Below, piece after piece: positions 1-7,467 of a DNA stretch of 64,000 nt. Source of the stretch: a virus. Taxonomy: Duplodnaviria; Caudoviricetes. The translations under genes were made by a program, and so were the position numbers. Where the stretch lies: the IMG/VR virus record IMGVR_UViG_3300033069_001745, positions 1 through 64,000 of that record. One strand, given 5' to 3'. Under the pieces are notes generated by a model that was not told the origin of the DNA, made no database searches, and worked only from the letters and a program-made list of their open reading frames with translations. Each line of letters begins with the position of its first letter. Positions within the stretch are counted from its first letter, which is position 1.

Positions 1-28
1 ACCAGGACGACCACGGTCGCGACCGGGC

Positions 29-412
29 TCACCGGGCACCGTCCTTCGGCTCGCGCAAGTCGATGACCAGCTCGGGCGGCGGGGGCAGCGGCGGCAGCGT
101 CGAGGGGTGCGCGTGGCGGGCCCGCTGGTTCGCCTCGGCGACCCGCGCCTCGATCTCGCTCGCACGGATCTCGGCGAGGAGCCGGTCGAGGCCGGCCTCG
201 ACGGCGGGGGTGCCCCACGGGATCCGGTCGACATCGGTGAGCCGCTCGTACTCGAGCCGGTCGGCGCGGGCCTCGGCCTCATCTGCTCGGACCTCCGCGG
301 CGAAGCGGCGCATGCGGGCCCGGTCAAGGTCGGCCTGGCATCGCACCTGCCGGTGCAGGGCGCCGAGCAGGCCGCTCGCCGCGCAGCAGGCGACGAGGAT
401 GATCGTGTTCAT
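29..412 (-). CDS. Hypothetical protein with N-terminal hydrophobic anchor; paralog of 1052-1387
   Basis: 127-aa ORF; MNTIILVACCAAS...YERLTDVDRIPWGTPAVEAGLDRL...RVAEANQRARHAHPS aligns with the 1052-1387 product. Confidence 0.7.
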   Translation of the reverse strand: MNTIILVACCAASGLLGALHRQVRCQADLDRARMRRFAAEVRADEAEARADRLEYERLTDVDRIPWGTPAVEAGLDRLLAEIRASEIEARVAEANQRARHAHPSTLPPLPPPPELVIDLREPKDGAR

Positions 413-666
413 CGGCCCGTCTCCTCGTCGCTCGATGTGGGGCGGGGGGCTCGGGCGCGGCGGGCCGCGGCCATCTCGTCGAGGATGTCGGCGATGACCT
501 GATACTCGTGCTCGGTGAGCGGCATGAGCATCCAGTCCGAGATCGGGTCGGGGGCGTAGTCGCGCATCACAGGACCCCGATCTCGGCGGCGGCGGTGCGG
601 GCCGGCGAGCCCGATCAGGGCGACGGTCGCGAGGGCGAGGGCGGTGAGGATCTTGCGGGGGTTCAT
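409..666 (-). CDS. Small membrane protein
   Basis: 85 aa, N-terminal TM segment, 4-bp overlaps with both neighbours. Confidence 0.6.
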   Translation of the reverse strand: MNPRKILTALALATVALIGLAGPHRRRRDRGPVMRDYAPDPISDWMLMPLTEHEYQVIADILDEMAAARRARAPRPTSSDEETGR

Positions 667-1055
667 CGGGTTCTCCTGAAGCTTGCGAGGGTGAAGATGG
701 TGATCAACGCAACCATGGCGAGCGTTGCGTAGGTGATGGTGTTGACGGTGCCTTCGAGGCCGTCGAACGGGTTGGGCCAGCCCACCGACCCGAGAGCCTT
801 GTGGGCCTGGTCACCGAGCGAGAGGGTGCCGGTGGCGTGGATGTCACCGATGCCCACTCCCGCCGGACCCGACAGGCCAACTGCGGCCTGACCGATCCGC
901 CCCGCCGAAGCGGGCTGGGTGATGGTTGGGGGCTCTTGGGTGGTGCGCATCGACACCTCCCGACTCAGCACGGCGTTCGCTATGGCGGCCACGAGGATCA
1001 AGACGAAGGCGCTCCACAGCACGAAGCGCAAGGTGCGCAGGAATCGAGTGATCAT
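663..1055 (-). CDS. Membrane protein with two TM segments
   Basis: 130 aa, hydrophobic N- and C-terminal segments, coupled overlaps. Confidence 0.65.
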   Translation of the reverse strand: MITRFLRTLRFVLWSAFVLILVAAIANAVLSREVSMRTTQEPPTITQPASAGRIGQAAVGLSGPAGVGIGDIHATGTLSLGDQAHKALGSVGWPNPFDGLEGTVNTITYATLAMVALITIFTLASFRRTR

Positions 1056-1387
1056 GACTCCTCCTCGCCCGGGAACGAGGGATGAGCCAGCCGAGCCTTC
1101 CGGTTCGCCTCAGCCACCCGATCGACGCTTTCGATCGAATGAATGGCGTCCATCAAGCGATTGAGTCCGGCATCCACCGACGGTGAAGACCAGTCGATGA
1201 GATCCATGTTCGTCATGCGCTCGTAGGCGGCTTTGTTTGCTTCGTCCCGGGCTCGCTTGAGCGCGGTCTGGGTGTTCGACAGCCGATCCTTGAGGCGCCG
1301 GATGGTCTCGTCCGCCCGGACCGAAGCCAGTAGGTGGCCGAGCCCCGCCGAAGCGGCGCAGCAGATGAGCAAGATGAGCGAGTTCAT
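1052..1387 (-). CDS. Hypothetical protein; paralog of 29-412
   Basis: ATG at 1387 overlaps the upstream TGA (TGATG); MNSLILLICCAAS...YERMTNMDLIDWSSPSVDAGLNRL...RVAEANRKARLAHPS. Confidence 0.7.
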   Translation of the reverse strand: MNSLILLICCAASAGLGHLLASVRADETIRRLKDRLSNTQTALKRARDEANKAAYERMTNMDLIDWSSPSVDAGLNRLMDAIHSIESVDRVAEANRKARLAHPSFPGEEES

Positions 1388-2220
1388 CACTGCGCCACCC
1401 CCATCTCGGCGGCCGCCTGGCGAACGGTGTCGAGCAACGGCAGGTGCTTGCCTTGGCGGTAGCACGTCCAGGCCCGGAAGCCCTGGGAGAGCAACACCTC
1501 GACGGCGGCCCACGCCTGGTGGCTCACCGACGAAGCGAGCGCCTGGGCATCCCGGGGACCGTTGGTGCCGTACTGCTCCCACAAGGAACGCACCTGGAGG
1601 AACCCGTAGGACGGGCCATAGGTGGAGTTTGTGAGATCCTTGTCACCTACCTGAGTAGGGACGCGTGACGACTCGCACTGCGCCAGCGCTGCGAGGGTGA
1701 TAAGATCATCGCCCCGCATCCCCTGGACGTAGAGGTTGGCGACGACGCTGTGCCAGCTCATGGTGACGCCGTCGGCCTCGGTTTCTCCGAGCCAGGCATC
1801 CACGTTCACCACGGAAGCAGGCGGGGCGAGCACCGGGTCGGCCAGATCGCAAGAAATAACAATCTCATCGCCGGGGTGGATCAGCGAGAGGTTGCCGATG
1901 TGCGGGTTGCGTTCGCTGACCTGATCGAGCGTGAGCCCGTTGGCCCGGGCGATGCTCCACGCCGTGTCACCTCGTTGTACGGTGACCGCGGCGCATCCCT
2001 CGGGGGCGAGTCGAGCGGCGTCGGCCGGAGTAGTGAGCGCGAGCCCAGCGGCGAGCATGGCGCATGCCGTGGTTCCGACCCCGGCAACGGCCCAGCGCCA
2101 CTTCTTCGAGATCGGCTCCGGGATCGGTTCGGGGGTCGGCTTGAGGTTCGGTGCGTCGAACCACATCGGGTCCACGGATGTATCGAACGTCCCATCGGGC
2201 GTAAGGTCGGGTGTAGCCAC
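1387..2220 (-). CDS. LysM domain plus Rpf/lysozyme-like transglycosylase, membrane-anchored or exported
   Basis: GTG start with GGAGG; TM segment; LysM VTVQRGDTAWSIARANGLTLDQVSERNPHIGNLSLIHPGDEIVI; C-terminal LAQCES...YGFLQV...QGFRAWTC. Confidence 0.8.
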   Translation of the reverse strand: MATPDLTPDGTFDTSVDPMWFDAPNLKPTPEPIPEPISKKWRWAVAGVGTTACAMLAAGLALTTPADAARLAPEGCAAVTVQRGDTAWSIARANGLTLDQVSERNPHIGNLSLIHPGDEIVISCDLADPVLAPPASVVNVDAWLGETEADGVTMSWHSVVANLYVQGMRGDDLITLAALAQCESSRVPTQVGDKDLTNSTYGPSYGFLQVRSLWEQYGTNGPRDAQALASSVSHQAWAAVEVLLSQGFRAWTCYRQGKHLPLLDTVRQAAAEMGVAQ

Positions 2221-2427
2221 AGTGCTTCCTCCACTGTTCGGACGCGACCCCGGGTGGAGCTGGTACCTCTGCCCGGGGCCGATCGTCTTGGGTTGACGCT
2301 CTATCCATCGGCACACCGGCCGCCGGACTTGAGCGAAATCTGGAAGATAGTCCGAAAGACCTACGCCTTGGCTCTAAGCATCCTGATGGGATGCTGTCGG
2401 AGTGCCCGGGGGACGCCGAAAGCGGTG

Positions 2428-3234
2428 ATGGTTACTCTGCCGCTCGGGAAGCCTTCCATCCCCGCCTCGCTGGCCAACGCGTACGGCAACGGTGCGTTGC
2501 CCATCGACGAGCTGGTGCCGGTCGGGGAAGGGTTGTTGCTTCACCGCGACTGCGCCCATGCCTGGCTGGCGCTCGTCGAGGCAGTTCAGCAACGCTACGG
2601 CTGGACTCTGGACGGCACCGAGGGTTACCGGAACGAGCAGATACAGAAATCTATTTTCTTGAATCGGTATTCGACGACCCCGATCGCCGGTTCCCGGGAC
2701 ATGAGGATCTACGAGGGCCAGGTTTGGTACCTCCGCATCGGGTTCGACCTGGCTGCCGTCCCGAAGACCTCCAATCACGGCTGGGGCTACTCGATCGACG
2801 CGTGCGCCAACCACGGCGGCCGGGTCAAGTTCACTGACGGGGAGCTGGCTCAACTCGTCGAGGTGGCACCGGAGTTTGGCTTCTTGTGGGAAGTGAAGTC
2901 CGAGCCCTGGCATCTGGTCTACGTCCTCGATCACCCCTGGCCCCCGATTGCGGTGCCCCTCCCCGAGCCTGAGAAAGAAGAAGAGATGGCAAACGGCTTT
3001 CAGATCCTTGATGACTCGAACAACATCACGATCTTCATCTACGGCAACCCACAGTCGGTGAACATGGGTAACCTTCCCAACGTTCATGGCTTGGTGCACC
3101 GCTCCGGCCAAATCCCCCTGCTCAATGCGGATTCCAACCCGATTCCTGCCAGCGAAGTAGCGGAGTTCGCTCGCCGGTGGGCGGAAGCCAACCAGAAGAC
3201 GCAGACCATCCGCGTGGTGGTGGATGGCTCCTGA
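2428..3234 (+). CDS. M15B/VanY-like zinc peptidase, probable endolysin
   Basis: Motifs EGYR, SNHGWGYSID and EPWH; start re-called at ATG 2428 within track ORF 1750-3234. Confidence 0.8.
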   Translation: MVTLPLGKPSIPASLANAYGNGALPIDELVPVGEGLLLHRDCAHAWLALVEAVQQRYGWTLDGTEGYRNEQIQKSIFLNRYSTTPIAGSRDMRIYEGQVWYLRIGFDLAAVPKTSNHGWGYSIDACANHGGRVKFTDGELAQLVEVAPEFGFLWEVKSEPWHLVYVLDHPWPPIAVPLPEPEKEEEMANGFQILDDSNNITIFIYGNPQSVNMGNLPNVHGLVHRSGQIPLLNADSNPIPASEVAEFARRWAEANQKTQTIRVVVDGS

Positions 3235-3916
3235 GGCCCGCTCCCGTCAGCTCCCGACCCGATGCTTCATGCATGTTGATGCCCCGGGGGCCATGACGCG
3301 CCAGATGGCCCAGGCGGCAGTGCACGAAGCTCGGGCTCGGGCCCCCAAGGTGAGCGGAGATTCCTCGGTCGGGTTCATGCCCATCTGGGGTGACGGCTTC
3401 TTCGGCATCTCCTGGACGAAGACCCACGTCTGGTTTCAGGAGATGGGTATTCGCCCGTTCACCATGAATGCCCTGGCGGGCAAGACGGTCCCTATGTGGA
3501 TCACCGATGACACCGGGACAATTCGATCGAAGAACCCCAAAGCCCGTACCCGGATCACCGTAGATGGTCGTACCCAGGCGCTGATCTTCCGGAAGGCTGC
3601 CTTGCCCGGGCAGCGCAAGACGGTAACTCGCCGGGTCGGGGGCGAGATGCGAGAAGTCTCGGTGCCCCGCTCCTACCCCGGTGCCCCGGGGCGCATCTCT
3701 CGTCGTGAGCCCGCACCGCCCAACACGTCGGCGGGCAAACTGGCCGGGCAGATCGCCAAGGGCAACGTCGGGGTGCGTTGGCGCCACCCGGGGATGGACG
3801 GCAAGCACTTTCTGCGCGAAGGGCTCACCCGGGCCGCCGAGCGGTTCGGCATCACCCCGGGACCGATTTCCTACGCCACCCAAGCCGACCGACCCCAGCG
3901 CACACCCAGCATCTGA
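3224..3916 (+). CDS. Virion morphogenesis (neck/head-tail) protein, putative
   Basis: 230-aa basic ORF just before the tail terminator and sheath; function from position only. Confidence 0.5.
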   Translation: MAPEARSRQLPTRCFMHVDAPGAMTRQMAQAAVHEARARAPKVSGDSSVGFMPIWGDGFFGISWTKTHVWFQEMGIRPFTMNALAGKTVPMWITDDTGTIRSKNPKARTRITVDGRTQALIFRKAALPGQRKTVTRRVGGEMREVSVPRSYPGAPGRISRREPAPPNTSAGKLAGQIAKGNVGVRWRHPGMDGKHFLREGLTRAAERFGITPGPISYATQADRPQRTPSI

Positions 3917-3922
3917 GGCACC

Positions 3923-4543
3923 ATGTTCTTGCTGAAGACCAACACCCTGGTCGTGAAGGCGCTCCGCCAGACCTTCAACGGTGCCTATCCCGTGCACGAC
4001 CTCCGGGACATGCACGTTAGTCTGGAATTTCCGGTAGAGAAGCTTAACTATCCCTGTCTTTGGGTCGACTTTGAGCCCTCTACTGAATTACTGAACGCCG
4101 GAATCGGGCACGTCGAGTACGCACCGTGGACCAACGGCTCGACGAACATGGTCGAGCGCTGGCGCTTCCAGGGCGTGATCTCGATCACCGCCGTGGCGTT
4201 CTCGTCGGCGGTGCGAGACAAGATGGTCGACGAGCTGATGCGAGTCTGTGCCTTCGCCCGCTCCGATCCCGCTGCCACTCCGTTCCGGGCGGCCATCGAG
4301 AACAACGACCTCATCGGCCTGAGTATCTCGTGGGACAAGCTCGGGATCGGGCAGAAGTCCGCCTCTTCGGGTACCCCGTGGGGTTCTGACGAGTGGCTCT
4401 ACGAGGCGACGGTGCGTCTGAACGCCATTGGAGAGATCGTCTCTGACCCGACCACCGGCGATCTGGTGCCTCTGGCTTCGGTGGTGGTGTACCCCCGAAT
4501 CGAAGGTGATCCCGATCTCCCCGGAGGAGACGGTTGGTCATGA
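3923..4543 (+). CDS. Tail terminator/completion protein, putative
   Basis: 206 aa, immediately upstream of the sheath; synteny. Confidence 0.6.
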   Translation: MFLLKTNTLVVKALRQTFNGAYPVHDLRDMHVSLEFPVEKLNYPCLWVDFEPSTELLNAGIGHVEYAPWTNGSTNMVERWRFQGVISITAVAFSSAVRDKMVDELMRVCAFARSDPAATPFRAAIENNDLIGLSISWDKLGIGQKSASSGTPWGSDEWLYEATVRLNAIGEIVSDPTTGDLVPLASVVVYPRIEGDPDLPGGDGWS

Positions 4544-4602
4544 GCCTGTTTGCTCGAATGGGTAGCCCGACCAAGAGGTGAGCCCCACCCCGGGAGGATC
4601 AC

Positions 4603-6048
4603 GTGGCTTTGGATTTCGCAACCTACCGCCCACCCGGCGTGTACGTCGAGGAAGCGGCCTCCACGGTTGCGAGTACCGTGGGTACCCAGTCGACGGTGGT
4701 GGCCCTGGTCGGCCCGAGCATCGGGTACCGGACCTACACCGAGGTTGTGACCCTTCTGGGCACCGACCCCACGGCACTCACCAAGCTCGGCATCAACGCG
4801 TCGTCGGTGGTGGTCACCAGTCTCGATGGGTCGACGACCTACGAGGCGATCAACGACTACATCACCACGGGCAACAACGGTCCGGACAACAACCCAGCCA
4901 CCCAGCTCGACAACGGCCTGACGCTTGCCCGCATCATCAACGGGACCATCCCCGGGAACAGTGCGGTGCGCGTCACCTACCGCTACACCGATGCCGCCTA
5001 CTACTCTGCCGTGCGGGTGGGCGACTTCGAGGTGGTCAAGGACCTCTACGGTGAGCCGATCGACCCGGCCTCGGGCTCGATCCTCTCGCCGCTGTCCATG
5101 GGGGCCAAGATCGCCCTGGAGAACGGCGCCCGAGAGTTGGTGCTCGTTGCGGTCCCGGGTACTTCGTCGGCCAACCCGGATGACTTCCCGGCGGCCTTTG
5201 CCAAGATCGCCAACCTCTACGAGGTGGGCGTGGTCGTCCCGCTGACCGATGGCCTCACTTCGGGTTCGAGCTTCAACGCGATCGCTTCCCACCTGCGCAA
5301 CCACTGCGAGTCGGCGTCGGCGGACGGGTTCTACCGCGTCGGGGCGCTCGGCATCGACATCGGCTATAGCGGGTCCCCGACCACGGTGGCCGAGGTGGCC
5401 CCGTCGAGTCGCCTGATCGTTGCCTGGCCCAACCGGTTGCTCTACTACAACACGTTCAGCAACCAGGCCACTGAGGTGGGCGGGCAGTACCTCGCCGCGG
5501 CCTACGCCGGGCGCCTGATCAGTCGAGGGGTGCAGCACAGCCTGACCCGCAAGACGATCTCGGGTTTCGCCGGGATCTCGGCGTCATCGCTGTCGACGAT
5601 GACCAAGGCGGCCAAGGATGGTTGGTCGTCGAGCGGCGTGTCGGTCACCGAGCTGACCCGCTCCAACGCCTTGATCGTGCGACACGGTACTTCGACCGAT
5701 GTTTCTTCGACCGCCACTCGGGAGATCAGCATCACCCGGGCCAAAGACCAGATGGTGCGCCTGATCCAGGACTCCATCGATGCCGCGCAGATCGTCGGCT
5801 CCCCGCTCACCAACACGTCGGTGGTGCAGATCAAAGCCATCGTGGGCGGGGTGCTGAGTAACTGCAAGGACTCCGAGATCATCGTCGACTACTCGAACCT
5901 CGTGGGTCGAGTGCGCCCCGGCGAGCCCCAGATCATCGAAGTGAAGTTCGCGTACCGCCCCGCCTGGCCGCTCAACTACATCCTGGTGTCGTTCTCGATC
6001 GACACGACCACCGGGACAACCGAGTTCGACGCCGGTACCTCCGTCTAG
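4603..6048 (+). CDS. Contractile tail sheath protein
   Basis: 481 aa; N-terminal YRPPGVYVEE and C-terminal IIEVKFAYRPAWPLNYILVSF are typical sheath motifs. Confidence 0.9.
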   Translation: MALDFATYRPPGVYVEEAASTVASTVGTQSTVVALVGPSIGYRTYTEVVTLLGTDPTALTKLGINASSVVVTSLDGSTTYEAINDYITTGNNGPDNNPATQLDNGLTLARIINGTIPGNSAVRVTYRYTDAAYYSAVRVGDFEVVKDLYGEPIDPASGSILSPLSMGAKIALENGARELVLVAVPGTSSANPDDFPAAFAKIANLYEVGVVVPLTDGLTSGSSFNAIASHLRNHCESASADGFYRVGALGIDIGYSGSPTTVAEVAPSSRLIVAWPNRLLYYNTFSNQATEVGGQYLAAAYAGRLISRGVQHSLTRKTISGFAGISASSLSTMTKAAKDGWSSSGVSVTELTRSNALIVRHGTSTDVSSTATREISITRAKDQMVRLIQDSIDAAQIVGSPLTNTSVVQIKAIVGGVLSNCKDSEIIVDYSNLVGRVRPGEPQIIEVKFAYRPAWPLNYILVSFSIDTTTGTTEFDAGTSV

Positions 6049-6067
6049 GTGATAGGGAGAATCTGAC

Positions 6068-6553
6068 GTGCCTCAGCCAACCGTACGCGTCGTTGGCGGT
6101 GGATTCACCACCTTCAACTACAAAGGTAAGCCGCTTGCATTCCTTGAGGCGTTGACCGATACCGGTCAGAAGCCGTACCAGGGCAATGCCTATCAGCCGA
6201 TCTATGCCCTCGGTGATCTGCGCGCCCGGGAGATCGTGACCCAACCAGTGCTCGGGGTGGGGAGCCTCACGTTGCGCCTTCGTGAGCTGTGGAATGAGCC
6301 GGTGTGGTGGCAGCTCGCTGATTTGTCCGGAACGGACACCATCACCGATGTGTGGGATAAGCTCCGCCAAGAGCCGAGCTTCGTGACCTGCACCAAGATC
6401 ATCACTCCGCCTACGGGTGTCGGCCCGGCTCGCATCATCAACTACCGCAATTGCGTGATCACGAACATCGATGACACTGAGAATATCCAAGTTGGAGATC
6501 TCTCAGTAGCCAAGAACATCGATCTCATCTACACGCACAAAGAGCGGGGTTAA
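6068..6553 (+). CDS. Tail tube protein
   Basis: 161 aa directly after the sheath; beta-rich; ...INYRNCVITNIDD. Confidence 0.8.
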   Translation: MPQPTVRVVGGGFTTFNYKGKPLAFLEALTDTGQKPYQGNAYQPIYALGDLRAREIVTQPVLGVGSLTLRLRELWNEPVWWQLADLSGTDTITDVWDKLRQEPSFVTCTKIITPPTGVGPARIINYRNCVITNIDDTENIQVGDLSVAKNIDLIYTHKERG

Positions 6554-6567
6554 CCCTAGGAGCGAAC

Positions 6568-7065
6568 GTGTCGAGTATTCCGGTGGAACCTGAAGAAGGC
6601 GACTTCGCTAGTGTCTTCGCCCCGCCGGAAGAACAGGCACCTCCCGTCGTTGAGGAGCCGTTCCCCGACGAATGGAAGCTCCCGTTCCAGGGCTTGCTCT
6701 TGATAGGCAAGCTAGAAGGGGAGTTCGACTGGCTCGGGCACCACTTCCTGATCCGGACGCTGACCACGAACGAGATTCTGGAGGTGGGCCTCGTGACGGC
6801 TCGCTACCAAGGCTCGTCGGGCGAGTCGTGGGCTTACATGACGGCCATTGCCGGAACGTGTCTGGTGAGCATCGATCGCCAACCCATGCCGTTTCCCATG
6901 GTGCAGACCGGGGCGAGCGAGGTGCAGTCGCGCTTCGACTGGGCTCGCACGTCGCTCTATCAACCCGCCATTGAAGAGGTGTACAAGCAGTTCGCCGTGC
7001 TTCAGGCCAAGGTCGATGAGGTTGTAGCCCAGATGGGAAAATCTTTCGGCTCGACGGCCGGGTAG
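6568..7065 (+). CDS. Tail assembly chaperone (short form)
   Basis: Lies between tube and tape measure; ends with a slippery heptamer. Confidence 0.8.
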   Translation: MSSIPVEPEEGDFASVFAPPEEQAPPVVEEPFPDEWKLPFQGLLLIGKLEGEFDWLGHHFLIRTLTTNEILEVGLVTARYQGSSGESWAYMTAIAGTCLVSIDRQPMPFPMVQTGASEVQSRFDWARTSLYQPAIEEVYKQFAVLQAKVDEVVAQMGKSFGSTAG

Positions 7066-7463
7066 ATCCCTGGTTGGAGAGCCATCTTCGTCTCGCTGAA
7101 CGCCGAGGGCTCCTACGGGGCCCGGGGATGTCTCCGGTCCAGGTGGCCGCTCTGGACCTTCTCCTGGCGATCGACAGCGTGCACGAGCGGCGTAGGCGCC
7201 AGGAGGAGACCCGCCTGGCTGTCATGGACAAGGACCCGGACATGCTTCGCGTCTGGTTCCCCACGTGGTTCCCGGCCGAAGATCGCGTGGTGCGCACCGA
7301 CGAGGACGCCGATGCGATCATGGCGCACGAGATGTCAGGGGCCCCGATCGAGTGGGTGGCAGGCGAGACCCCCGAGGTAAGCGCTGAAGACGTGGAGGCG
7401 TTGATTGCCTCGCTGACCCAGGGCTCCGCCAACCTGGGCGATATCAGCACCTCGTGGGAGTGA
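7035..7463 (+). CDS. Tail assembly chaperone, -1 frameshift extension
   Basis: G GGA AAA heptamer at 7035-7041; the -1 frame (GKIFRLDGRVDPWLESHL...) stays open to 7463. Confidence 0.8.
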   Translation, partial: GKIFRLDGRVDPWLESHLRLAERRGLLRGPGMSPVQVAALDLLLAIDSVHERRRRQEETRLAVMDKDPDMLRVWFPTWFPAEDRVVRTDEDADAIMAHEMSGAPIEWVAGETPEVSAEDVEALIASLTQGSANLGDISTSWE

Positions 7464-7467
7464 TCCG

